From a virus (lineage: Duplodnaviria > Caudoviricetes): 64,000 nt of DNA. This document shows positions 39,630-50,500 of the stretch, piece by piece. The DNA is taken from the IMG/VR virus record IMGVR_UViG_3300037010_001838. One strand, written 5' to 3'. The position numbers and the translations under genes are program-made. Below the pieces are notes generated by a model that had not been told where the DNA came from, searched no databases, and saw only the letters and a list, made by a program, of their open reading frames with translations. The stretch's first letter is position 1; every line of letters starts with the position of its first letter.

Positions 39630-41404
39630 ATTTGTTCCGTTACATCTTTGATAGAACTAAATCCTTTTTGCATTTGAACCATCATTGTCCTATCAAAGAT
39701 ATTCCCAATCTCATCTCTGTGTGAAATGATAAAGATGTTCAGATTTTCATCTCGAGCTTTCTTTTTTAGCATTCTTCCAGCAGATTGAACACCAACCGCG
39801 TCTAACCCAACATCAAGAACTTCATCAAGTAAACATATGTTAATTGGAGTATGCAATTTTTGGAGAACGTCTCTAAAAGCTAACGCGAGAGCCAAATTTA
39901 CTCTCGCGCGTTGCCCATTAGACAGGTTGCCAAAACTCAACGGCCTTCCAAACAAACTAATATTGGCAGTCATTTCATGAGTGAATTCAACTTTGTGTGT
40001 TAAACCCAACTGTGTTAAATTGTGGTGAAGTCGTGTATTCAAGAATGGTAAGTTCTTATTTAACAACGCTTTACGAACAAAACTGTCTTTTTTCGTTAAG
40101 AGTTTTAGTAAGAATTGTTGATGGTCTTGAGTTTTCTTCAACTTATTCAAGTCAGAATAATCAATTGCGTCAAGAGGATAATCTTCTAATTCCTTAAGCG
40201 GTTCTAAAAATGGATTTTCAGCATTTTTTAAGTCTTGAACTTTTTGATGTATAGTTTGTTTATGTGAATGTATTTCCAATAATTGGTCTACGTCATTAAC
40301 TTGTCGCTTCTTTTTTAATACTTTTAACAACTGCTGAAGGTCATGTTCGTCCTCTTCTATAAAACCAAGTTCTTTCATGAGTTTTTCGTGTTGTGTATTT
40401 GATGTTTCAATTCTTTCTTTACACGAGTCAATTTTAGAGTCAGCATCAGCATATTGTTGTAAACAATATGGACATCGTTGATCCGTTAAGTGTTTAAGTT
40501 CATGAGTACTCTCATCAATCATCTTTTTATACTTTTCAATCATTGATTTAGTTTGTTTCTTTTCTTGTAAAATTTCCCGAGATTTTCTTTCCAATTCATC
40601 AATCTCGTGATGAAGTTTTTGCTCTTCATCAACATTAATTCCTTCAGCTTCTGTTAACTGGCGTTCGTACGTTAATATTGTTTTAGAGTTTGAACTGTCC
40701 CAATTCTCAACTCTCATTTTCGCTGATTTGATTTGTTCTACAAAACGCATGTGTTCTTTTTCAAGCTGTTCTATCCGCATTTTGTTGATATTCATAGAAT
40801 CTTCTGTATTTTTAATCAAATCTTTTAACATAACAGCTTGTTCAGATAATACAGTAAGATTAAATAGTCGTTCTATGAAATCAGTCTGATTTGCTTGGTA
40901 GTGAGAATTAACAGGCATATCAAGGAATGGAGAGTGTGTTGCAGAAATAACAACAATACGAACGAACATATCATAAGGCATTCCAATGATATCAAGAATT
41001 ACTTTATCCATAATGTGTGGACCACCTCTTGTCTTATCCTCTCCATCAATAAACAAATGAACAGTGTTATCTCTTCCACTTTTTCCTGATTTTCTTCTTC
41101 GTTCCACACGATACGGAATACCACCTTTTACAAATTCTACAATAACTTCCATATGAGTTTTATTAACATTATTAATAAGCTCATCGATTTTAATATCTGA
41201 AATTGGTCTATCGTATAAAGCATATGTTAAAGCATTCATAACAGTCGTTTTCCCAACACCGTTACTACTTTGTCCTTCGGTAGTATTATCTAAATCCTCA
41301 CCAAGGATTAAAGTTGTTCCGGTTCTCTGCAAGTCAATAACTGTTTTAACTTTTCCATAAGACATAAAATTCATTAAAGTTAATGTTTTAAATCTAATTT
41401 CCAT
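39626..41404 (-). CDS. gp46: Recombination ATPase (gp46/SbcC/Rad50-like)
   Basis: NGVGKTT, CPYC zinc hook, LSNGQ signature, LLDEVLD, IISH. Confidence 0.93.
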   Translation of the reverse strand: MEIRFKTLTLMNFMSYGKVKTVIDLQRTGTTLILGEDLDNTTEGQSSNGVGKTTVMNALTYALYDRPISDIKIDELINNVNKTHMEVIVEFVKGGIPYRVERRRKSGKSGRDNTVHLFIDGEDKTRGGPHIMDKVILDIIGMPYDMFVRIVVISATHSPFLDMPVNSHYQANQTDFIERLFNLTVLSEQAVMLKDLIKNTEDSMNINKMRIEQLEKEHMRFVEQIKSAKMRVENWDSSNSKTILTYERQLTEAEGINVDEEQKLHHEIDELERKSREILQEKKQTKSMIEKYKKMIDESTHELKHLTDQRCPYCLQQYADADSKIDSCKERIETSNTQHEKLMKELGFIEEDEHDLQQLLKVLKKKRQVNDVDQLLEIHSHKQTIHQKVQDLKNAENPFLEPLKELEDYPLDAIDYSDLNKLKKTQDHQQFLLKLLTKKDSFVRKALLNKNLPFLNTRLHHNLTQLGLTHKVEFTHEMTANISLFGRPLSFGNLSNGQRARVNLALALAFRDVLQKLHTPINICLLDEVLDVGLDAVGVQSAGRMLKKKARDENLNIFIISHRDEIGNIFDRTMMVQMQKGFSSIKDVTEQI

Positions 41405-41406
41405 TT

Positions 41407-42459
41407 TTATACCTTCAAAGATTTGTATATTTCGATTAACATTTCATTATCAATATGTTCTGTATCAATACTACTTAATAGTTGAAGCATCATATCACTT
41501 ATTGTCATTAATTCATTTGTGTCGATATCAATTTCTGTTCCACTGATAACATTTGCAATTTCATCAGAATCTTCAATAACTAATTCTCGTAGTTTATAAG
41601 ATTCGATAAACGTCTGCCTTAACACACTAACTTCTTCATACGATAAAGCAATATCAGCTACACACTTCACTCGCGATTCAGGTAATAAAATAGTTTTTCC
41701 ATCTACCAAAGACGAGAGTGATGTTTTTGTATACTTTGGACAATTACCCCAATCGATAAATTCAATTTTATCATTCACATAGTCATATGTTGTCATTCCA
41801 CGAGAAGTATCACCTGCATCACTGAAATCCATTGGAAAAGTATTTCCAATATAAACTACGTTTTTGTTTGCTTGCCTTTTATGAAAATGTCCCGAAAATA
41901 TATGCTTCGGCTCTTTAAAGTCATCACAATTGGGACCAGTTGGCATAACATTATTATATCCTGTTATCATAAATCCCTGGAATTCAAAATGACCAAACCA
42001 AATTGGAAGTTTTAAGTACTGTGATAATTCAACGTATTCATGATGAAACAAATATGGACATAATAAAATTGGTTTGTAAGTATCTTCACATACAGTCGGT
42101 TCGTCAATTATATTAAAATTAGACAGTGATGAAAAGTGAAACAAAGAATGAATATCTCTTGTGTGTCTATAATACAAATCATGATTTCCAACTATAAAAT
42201 AAACTGGTAGGCCGAGATTGTTTATTATTTTTGCACCCTTAAAGGAATACAACATCGTTGAAATATTCAAAGCACTTCTGTTTTCATGCCAATCTCCCAT
42301 GAAAATAATATGATCAATTTCAGGATCTTTTTTAACTTCTGAACAAAACCACTCCAGAAAATTGATACAATCTTGATTATGTTGATCGGAGTTAGATTTC
42401 CGACCATAGTGAAGATCAGTGAAAACTGCGGCTTTTTTCAGTTTATTTTGTTTGTTCAT
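41407..42459 (-). CDS. gp47: Recombination nuclease (gp47/SbcD/Mre11-like)
   Basis: FTDLHYG, MGDWH, VGNHD, SGHFH metallophosphoesterase motifs. Confidence 0.93.
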   Translation of the reverse strand: MNKQNKLKKAAVFTDLHYGRKSNSDQHNQDCINFLEWFCSEVKKDPEIDHIIFMGDWHENRSALNISTMLYSFKGAKIINNLGLPVYFIVGNHDLYYRHTRDIHSLFHFSSLSNFNIIDEPTVCEDTYKPILLCPYLFHHEYVELSQYLKLPIWFGHFEFQGFMITGYNNVMPTGPNCDDFKEPKHIFSGHFHKRQANKNVVYIGNTFPMDFSDAGDTSRGMTTYDYVNDKIEFIDWGNCPKYTKTSLSSLVDGKTILLPESRVKCVADIALSYEEVSVLRQTFIESYKLRELVIEDSDEIANVISGTEIDIDTNELMTISDMMLQLLSSIDTEHIDNEMLIEIYKSLKV

Positions 42460-42467
42460 AAAAGATT

Positions 42468-43037
42468 TTATTCTTCTGTAGGAGTATCTGTCTCTGTTTT
42501 AACTTCATCAGGATCACTGAATTCTGTATCTTCAACGATTGTTACGTTATTCCTCGCATATTCATCTAAATTACCGTTTATCATTGCTTCTCGCCGTTCA
42601 TGAAATTCTTCTTCATGGTCAAGAGTGTAACTCAAAGATGGATTAAACCCGTTTTCTATTAGTGATTTGTTTTTGATGTCTCGAACTCTACGTTCTTGGT
42701 TTAAGTATTGAATAAAAGAATGTTTAATACATTGGGTAAAAAAAGCAAAGGGGTTTGAACTCTTGTTTTCATCGAATGCCGACCAAGTTTTACAAAGCAT
42801 TAACATAGCATAAGCCTGCATGTCATCGTTATAAGAATAGTTCGCAAAATTGCCTTTTTTTGCGTAACGACTAGTCAAAGTTAGTAACATATTGGCTAAT
42901 TCATTTGACATGATACCCTTTTTCTTGCTTGTAACTACTTGAAAAAGTAAATCTTTGTTGTTGAGGTAATTTTTCTTTGGAGAGGTTGGTGCCACTACTT
43001 CGGTTGTTACTGGTGTTTCAGTTATTGGATTGCTCAT
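42468..43037 (-). CDS. gp55: Late-transcription sigma factor (gp55-like)
   Basis: NYLNNKDL..NFANYSY.DDM..FDENKSSNPFAFFTQ; start MSNPI at 43037 preferred. Confidence 0.85.
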   Translation of the reverse strand: MSNPITETPVTTEVVAPTSPKKNYLNNKDLLFQVVTSKKKGIMSNELANMLLTLTSRYAKKGNFANYSYNDDMQAYAMLMLCKTWSAFDENKSSNPFAFFTQCIKHSFIQYLNQERRVRDIKNKSLIENGFNPSLSYTLDHEEEFHERREAMINGNLDEYARNNVTIVEDTEFSDPDEVKTETDTPTEE

Positions 43038-43171
43038 TGGCGGTCCTTTATTATAATTATTATAGATGTATATTATACAATTTTTTGTATCACGTGACAA
43101 CAACATAAATATCAACACAGTCACATAAGTAAGAACAGACTTTACTCATATAACAACATATTTATGTTTTA

Positions 43172-43945
43172 ATGGAACCATATATGCCAATTGTTCAACC
43201 ACCAACAACAGAAGATTTTAAAGTTAAACTAATTTCAGCGATTGATCAATCAGTTTATTCTGATAAGACACAATATTCACAAAAGGTTGTGGTATTAAAC
43301 GTATCTCCTCAAATTGCAGAAAATGGTCAAGTTTTGTATGATGCTATCCAAGTTCTTCATGGCCCTACATCATTTCAAATGTATAAGGGTACACCATCAA
43401 GAACATACAATATGAACGATGTAAAATTGATATCAAGAACACCATCAGAAGCTCGAGATAACATTCAAACATTAAACATCTTACGTTCTTGGAGAATGCC
43501 TTATTATGGTCAAACTGAATTTGACCAATCACAACTCAACGCATTTTTCACTCAAATTCAATCAGGTGAAACATTGAATTTAGATCCTTATTCAAGATTG
43601 CAAGCAGAAACCAAATCATTAAAGAAACGATTGGGTGCTCCACCAGAAATTCTCTATTTTTCTGCATACACCCAAGTAAGCGGAAACCAATCCAAACAAG
43701 AATCTAAAACTTATATGGGAAACATAAACCGAGTCCCTGTTGTATTATCTAATTTATCAATAACCTATCCAAATGATGTTACGTATATTCCAACAGCAAT
43801 GAGAGGGCAAATTGACGCCTTAGGAGGTGTCCCTTTCCCTGTTATAATGTCGGTTAGTATTGATTTAACAGAATCTCATGCACCCCAAGAAGTCAATCAA
43901 TTCAACCTCGCTAAATACACAAGCGGAATATTGGACGGATTTTAA
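43172..43945 (+). CDS. Baseplate/tube-junction-like protein
   Basis: FQMYKGTPSRTY..APPEILYF..VPVVLSNLSITYP..P..MSVSIDLTE pattern; CATAAATA at 43104; precedes gp53-like. Confidence 0.55.
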   Translation: MEPYMPIVQPPTTEDFKVKLISAIDQSVYSDKTQYSQKVVVLNVSPQIAENGQVLYDAIQVLHGPTSFQMYKGTPSRTYNMNDVKLISRTPSEARDNIQTLNILRSWRMPYYGQTEFDQSQLNAFFTQIQSGETLNLDPYSRLQAETKSLKKRLGAPPEILYFSAYTQVSGNQSKQESKTYMGNINRVPVVLSNLSITYPNDVTYIPTAMRGQIDALGGVPFPVIMSVSIDLTESHAPQEVNQFNLAKYTSGILDGF

Positions 43946-44253
43946 TGTCAACAAATTCAACTAAAAATTTAAAATCAAGATATGTTAGAGGTGGAATCAC
44001 CGAACAGTTCCCAACTCGTTTGGGGTGGTGGGAACGTATTGTTTTTACACAAAGCAAAGATGATATTTTGCTCACAATAAATTCAAAATATCATCTTCGC
44101 CCTGATTTACTGGCATTTGATGCATATGGTTCCCCATCATATATGTGGGTTATTCTTCAATACAACAATATACTAGATATTAATACGGAATTTGTTGAAG
44201 GAATGAACATTGTTATTCCAACCCCAACACGAGTTAATACTGAAATAATATAA
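43945..44253 (+). CDS. Baseplate wedge protein (gp53/LysM-like)
   Basis: RPDLLAFDAYGSPSYMWVILQYNNILD. Confidence 0.7.
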   Translation: MSTNSTKNLKSRYVRGGITEQFPTRLGWWERIVFTQSKDDILLTINSKYHLRPDLLAFDAYGSPSYMWVILQYNNILDINTEFVEGMNIVIPTPTRVNTEII

Positions 44254-46868
44254 TGATTTACGACGAAACACTTAATGATCCAACACTCAACCCTAAAGCT
44301 AACCGATTAAAAGATTTTAGGTCCTATTCTTATCATCACATATTGTTGGGTGTTAATGATAGTTCAGTTATTGACGCACTGAATTCTCCTCTTGGGACTA
44401 ACGTTGACGTATACCAACACCCTGATATGTTAGGAACTGGTCAAGAGCGATACACTACACGTTCGATTGATACTGCTAATGGTTCTAAACCATATGTTGT
44501 TATTTTAAATTCAATGACAGATTCTTATCTCCAAATAGTAAACCTTGAAATGACAACATATGTTATTGGTGGAGAACCTCCAGGAAATCTTCATGACGTT
44601 GAAACCAAAACAGCTTCTCCAGGTCTTTTTGGCGCAGTCACGTCTTTGACTATCACAGAACCATTTGGGACACGCTTTATTGAATTCTTATTAGCTGCTC
44701 AAAATGCTTTAGGTGCGACTCAAACAACTATTCAGTATGTGTTAAAAACTATATTTGTGGGGCACAGATATGACGGTTCCATAGAAACAATATCTGATAT
44801 TGCTCCGTATCCTTTAAAAATAATAAACATTGATTTTGAATTCACAAATACAGGAACAACATATGTAATTCAGGCTCTTCCAATCTCTGATGGTAGTGCA
44901 AATTCCCCAATAACAGGAACTGCAGGTGGCCACCCGTTTGTTGTACAAGGATTTACCTTAAAATCGTTTGCTGATTCATACAACAAAAACTTAAATGAAC
45001 TTGGTTCCAAAACAATCCAGACACTTGTTGATAATAAAATAACCAACCAAATTGTTCCAACATATGAAATTGTTTTAGATCCAACGTACCAAGGTAGTGA
45101 ATATTCGCTGGAGAGCGGAATAAACGATTACTTAAAAACTACAAAAAATGAATGGGTTTTTTCACCCACTCTTGGCGCAACAATAGTTAGAACTTTATAC
45201 AATCTAGTTGGTTTCTGTAAACAGATTAGAGATGAAATCAAAATTCCTCAACCCACTGATGACCCTAATGTATTTTATGTGTATCGTCCCGAGGTTCATA
45301 CAACTGTTCGTCAGACAACAGATAAAAATAATAAAGTAACTTCAACGAACGTGTATAAACTTGTTCGAATTCCTGTTGCAGTTTTTAAAAGTTACACATC
45401 CAAAACAGGACAAACAGATGCAAATCAAACCTCTGTGACAAAAGCTTTAGATCCAGAACAGTTTAATTCGTTTTTACAGAAACAATTGACAGAGGGTAAA
45501 TTGTTACAATATGATTATATGTTTTCTGGAAAAAATGATGATGTTATTGATTTTGGAATTCATTTCGATCATATCGGGCAAGGATTGTTATATGCAAAAA
45601 CAGTAACCGAGCAAGCAACAGCCCAAAAAACACAAACTGGACAAACGAAAACAAATGTGTTATCTGCTGTTCCACCAAGAACAACTACGGATACCACTAC
45701 TGATTCATTACTTCCCAGTATTCCGTTTTCGAGGTCATCTCCTTTAAAAGATGCAGTTGAATACGATGCGTTCCAAGATGCACTTCGAAAATATTCAGCA
45801 ATTCAAGCAATAACAGCAGAGCTTACAATAACAGGAAACCCAAGATTGTTTGCGTCTGAAATACAAAAGTTTCAACCTTCGGGTGTTGCAGCTACCCCAT
45901 ATTACGTTAAAATCAACGTGTATATGCCTTACGTTGATTTGACTACTGGTTTCGTTGATTTTAAAAATGGTAATTATCCGGATCAAAAAGCATTTCAAAA
46001 TCCATTTTGGTTTAATGGTATATTTTTTGTAATGTCTGTGGATAATTCTTTTAATAATGGTATTTTTACACAAAAATTGCACCTTGTTCAGGTTTCTAAT
46101 GTTGATAGTTTAACCGATGAGTCACCCGTGGCAACGACGGATAGTGGAAAAACAACCGGAACAGCAGAAAACAGAACAGGACACCAAGCAAAATCGTCTG
46201 CTGCAAAAGGAACAAAACAAACAGGGGGCTGTGTTAAGAGTAGACCATTAATCAAAATCAACGATGGTGGTGATGGTCAAACTGGAAGTAAAAACGTTCA
46301 AGCGTTCCTTAAAATGTTGAGATATGCTGAAGGAACTTACCAATCAGATGGCTGGACGAGAATAGTCGACGGATTCGTTGTTATGTGGGCCGGAATTGGT
46401 GCAGCAGAATCACCAGGAACTTGGGTATTCCCAATTGACCCTAAACTTTTATTATCAAAATTAGGAGTGACAGGAACGCTAACGAGTCTTGGTTCCTTTA
46501 CAAACATGCATTTTTCAGACTTCTCAAAACACCCTCAAGTATATGTAAAATATAAAAAAGATGTGTCATTACCATCTTCAGCAGCAGGGGCATTTCAAAT
46601 AACATATTCAACGTGGAAAGGTTTACAGAAAAACTATCCTTCGTTATTTAAAACATTCACAGTTCAAGAACAGGAACGTGCCGCTACAATCCTATTTTCA
46701 GAACATAATGCGTTGACAGACATTAAAAATGGAAATATAGATTCAGCAATTCAAAAACTCAACAAAACATGGGCTTCTCTTGGTCCAGCATCTGGACAGG
46801 GATATATTTGTCTTGAACAGTTAAAGGCTGAATATCAGTTAAATGGTGGGTTATTTACACCCCAATAA
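44253..46868 (+). CDS. Baseplate hub-like protein fused to lambda-R-type lytic transglycosylase
   Basis: C-terminal NVQAFLKMLRYAEGT..FSDFSKHP..SAAGAFQ..QERAA..IQKLNKTWASL; hub-like GNPRL and FNNGIFTQKLHL motifs. Confidence 0.7.
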   Translation: MIYDETLNDPTLNPKANRLKDFRSYSYHHILLGVNDSSVIDALNSPLGTNVDVYQHPDMLGTGQERYTTRSIDTANGSKPYVVILNSMTDSYLQIVNLEMTTYVIGGEPPGNLHDVETKTASPGLFGAVTSLTITEPFGTRFIEFLLAAQNALGATQTTIQYVLKTIFVGHRYDGSIETISDIAPYPLKIINIDFEFTNTGTTYVIQALPISDGSANSPITGTAGGHPFVVQGFTLKSFADSYNKNLNELGSKTIQTLVDNKITNQIVPTYEIVLDPTYQGSEYSLESGINDYLKTTKNEWVFSPTLGATIVRTLYNLVGFCKQIRDEIKIPQPTDDPNVFYVYRPEVHTTVRQTTDKNNKVTSTNVYKLVRIPVAVFKSYTSKTGQTDANQTSVTKALDPEQFNSFLQKQLTEGKLLQYDYMFSGKNDDVIDFGIHFDHIGQGLLYAKTVTEQATAQKTQTGQTKTNVLSAVPPRTTTDTTTDSLLPSIPFSRSSPLKDAVEYDAFQDALRKYSAIQAITAELTITGNPRLFASEIQKFQPSGVAATPYYVKINVYMPYVDLTTGFVDFKNGNYPDQKAFQNPFWFNGIFFVMSVDNSFNNGIFTQKLHLVQVSNVDSLTDESPVATTDSGKTTGTAENRTGHQAKSSAAKGTKQTGGCVKSRPLIKINDGGDGQTGSKNVQAFLKMLRYAEGTYQSDGWTRIVDGFVVMWAGIGAAESPGTWVFPIDPKLLLSKLGVTGTLTSLGSFTNMHFSDFSKHPQVYVKYKKDVSLPSSAAGAFQITYSTWKGLQKNYPSLFKTFTVQEQERAATILFSEHNALTDIKNGNIDSAIQKLNKTWASLGPASGQGYICLEQLKAEYQLNGGLFTPQ

Positions 46869-46940
46869 TATTGTTGTCATACCCTTTTTAGTAATTTATA
46901 ATTATTAGATAAATTAAAACAACTAAAGGGAGATACTATT

Positions 46941-47255
46941 ATGCGTATTAAAAAAGAAAAAGAAACAGCCCCGGTAAATAATTCTGCCCCATCATCACCC
47001 GCTGATCGTGACAAGCTTCGGACAATGTTGGAAGAAATCGTTCACGCATTAAGACGAGCTGATGATGAGAAAATTTCTATCAAAGAAATTAAAGATGAGA
47101 TTAAAAAGCAGTTTGGTATCGCTCCGAAGTATTCGGGAAAAATGGCCAAGACAATGTATAAACATGCTTTTGATGAAGTTAAGGCTGAAAATAGTGAATT
47201 TGAAGAACTATACGAACAGATTGTCGGTGGAGTAGAACATTCTGATGAGGACTAA
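46941..47255 (+). CDS. T4 DsbA-like dsDNA-binding protein
   Basis: ISIKEIKDEIKKQFGIAPKYSGKMAKTMYKHAFDEVKAENSEFEELYE. Confidence 0.7.
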   Translation: MRIKKEKETAPVNNSAPSSPADRDKLRTMLEEIVHALRRADDEKISIKEIKDEIKKQFGIAPKYSGKMAKTMYKHAFDEVKAENSEFEELYEQIVGGVEHSDED

Positions 47256-47565
47256 AATGTTCCAACAATTTTTGGAATACGTCAAACAAAAATATGTTTT
47301 GTTGTGTTCATCTTGCGAAATCAGAAAAGATGTTTGTGAAAGGAAACATATAGCAAAAGCATTTAATAACAGATATACTTACAGACATGAATATGATCCA
47401 TATAAGATGTCTGGTGGTAACTATTCATTAAATGCTTGGATGTGTCCAGAGTGTAATATGATTCATCGTCCAATACAGTTTTATGGTATTGCAGGATTGC
47501 AATATCCCGCCTGTTGTTCTTCATTAAAAGGACCCAGATTAAACGTAGGTATAAAAACAAAATAG
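47245..47565 (+). CDS. Hypothetical Cys-containing protein
   Basis: CxxC motifs (CSSC, CPEC). Confidence 0.45.
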   Translation: MRTKMFQQFLEYVKQKYVLLCSSCEIRKDVCERKHIAKAFNNRYTYRHEYDPYKMSGGNYSLNAWMCPECNMIHRPIQFYGIAGLQYPACCSSLKGPRLNVGIKTK

Positions 47566-47572
47566 GGAAAGA

Positions 47573-50500
47573 ATGAGTTATATTTCAGCATTATTTAATA
47601 AAAACGAAAATGAAGTTGTAGTATGGGAAAGAAACAACGGGGTTCGGGAAGTAAAGACTTACCCAGCTCCGTTGTATTTCTATACAGAAGCCGAGAATGG
47701 GAATTATACAAGTATTTTTGGTAAAAAATTAATGAGGCATGACTTTGACACATATGCACAATTTTCAGAAACAAAAAGAAAATTAACACGTACAACACTG
47801 TATGAATCTGATATAATGCCAGATATTAAGGTGTTATCTGAGCATTATTATAATGTTACACCCCCAACTCCAAATATAACTTTATTGGATATTGAGGTTG
47901 ATTACAATCCAAAAATTGGATTCTCTTCAGCGAAAAATCCATATGCACCAATAAACGCAATAGCACTACACCATATTCACACGAATCGTTCTATTGTCGT
48001 TGCGATACCACCACCAGGATGGGACCCAACTACGTTTGATACAGCTTTGGAAGAATTATCGGAAATTGTCATAGTTCCAAACGAAAGAGAATTAATTAAT
48101 ATATTACTAGAAGAGATTGAAGATTCTGATATTTTATCCGGTTGGAACAGTGATTTCTTCGATATACCATATATTGCAAAACGAATCGAAAAAACCTTAG
48201 GAAAAAGTGCATTACGTCGTTTATCGTTTGATGGTGCTAATTTACCGAGATACCGTGAAGTTGAAGTGTTCAAACAACAGGCAATAACTTGTGACTTATC
48301 TGGGCGTGTTCATTTAGATTATATGAATTTATTCAGAAAATATGAAGTTGCTGAACGCCCATCTTATAAATTAGAGTCAATTGCAGAAGAGATTCTCCCA
48401 CATTTGCCTAAATTAGAATATGAAGGTTCTTTAGCTGAATTGTATAAAAATGATTTCAATCATTTCATTCGATATAACATTCGAGATACAGAAATTCTGA
48501 AAGGATTTGAACAGAAATTAGGATATATTGCACTTGCAAATGTGATGTGTCACACATCAACGTCTCAATTTAAAGATGTGTTTGGAACATTAAAATTATC
48601 TGATTTCGCTGTGGTAAATTACTGTCATTACGAACTTGACGTTAAAGTTCCTGATTGGACTGAAAAACCGGACGGAAGGATTCAGGGAGCATATGTTCTA
48701 TTACCACAGATTGGAATGCATGAGTGGATTGGTTCTATTGATATAAATAGTCTGTATCCAAGTTCAATACGAAGCATTAATATCAGCCCGGAAACGTTGA
48801 TTGGGCAGTTCACAGGAAATATATCTGATTGGGAAGAGATCGTTGCAAACTCTGATAATACAATAACGCTGGAATACGACAACGGAGAATTACAAGAAGG
48901 AACTGCAAGTGAGTGGAGACAATATCTAAAACAGAAGAAGTGGGTTGTTAGTGGTTTTGGAACTGTGTTTGATCAAAATAAACCAGGGATTGTTCCAACT
49001 ATTCTTGCAAAGTGGTATAAGCAGAGAAAAGAATACCAAAAGTTAAAGAATGAATATTACGAAAAAGCTCAACTCGCTTCTGACGAAACAGAAAAAGAAG
49101 AGTTGATGGAACAATCAGCATACTATGATAGATTGCAGTATGTGTTTAAGATTAAGTTAAACAGTTTTTATGGAGCATTAACAAACTACTACTTTCGATT
49201 CTTTGATTTAAGAATGGGTGAATCAACGACCGGAACTGGAAGAGCCATTCTACGTCACCAGGTTCGTAAAACAGCCGAGATTCTTGATGACGAGGAATAC
49301 GACACAAACTTTCCATTATATAGTTCTGTGAAAAGTGCTGAAAAGGACGGAAACGATCCAACATATGCACTCGATGGATCCGAATTCAAAGGAATATTTC
49401 CTGCAGAATCAATCATCTACGGTGATTCTGTGTCTGGTGATTCCGTTATCAATACAACAATGAAAGAGATTGAAATACAAACACTTTTCACGAAGGTTGA
49501 TTATGTTCGTGGAAACAAAGAATATTGTATTACAGATTTACCACAGGTGTTAACGTATAATGAAGAATTAAACAAAACCGAATATTCACAAATCAATTAC
49601 GTGATGAGACACAGGTGTAATAAAAAAATGTATCGAGTGTGGATTACAAACAGTCAATACATTAATGTTACTGAAGACCATTCTCTCATGGGATACGTAA
49701 ATTCGAAATTTAGGAAAAAATACAACAATGCTCACATATCTAAAGTTAAACCGACGGATTTGGGAACAGAAATCAAGACTCTGATATACCAAAAAACTCT
49801 CCCTCAAACAATCATTGAATCAAAAGAACTTTCAACTGAGATGTACGTGTTAATGGGATATGTGTTGGGAGATGGGTATGTAGATACAACAGACACAGGT
49901 GGAGTTCTGTTATCGTTAGGTAAACAAGATTTAGACGAAGTTGTTTCTAAACTGATAGTCCCACTAAAACAACAAGGTTGGTTGTCTTCCTACACAGTTA
50001 AACCTAACGTCCACGATATTCAAATCAGTGGAACCCAACTGAAAAAGTTTTTACGAAGAGAGTTGTATTCAACTGAAAATAAACAAATCCCTGCTTGGAT
50101 GTTCAATGAAACTCCAAGCAACATATCGTCTTTTATGAAAGGATGGTTCTCAGCAGATGGGTTTGTTAATATGAACGGAACCGTCGGATTGTGTAATATC
50201 GATGAACAGTTAATCGTTGGTGCACAAAAGTTATTATTTCGTTGCGGGATTTCATCCACTTGGTTCTCCGAACAAACCGAAAATTCGTATAAAAGTACAT
50301 TCTTCGGAACATTCACAAAACGGCTTACAGTTAAGAATGCAAATGATTTTTTTAATGTGGTTGGGTTTGTTCAAAACAGAAAACAAGATAAAATGCATTT
50401 AGTTAAAAACGGAAAAAGAAAATCTGAAATTTCAAAGTATGATTTTGAATTAGTAAATGTTTATAAGATAGAAGAAATACAATATTGTGATTATGTGTAT

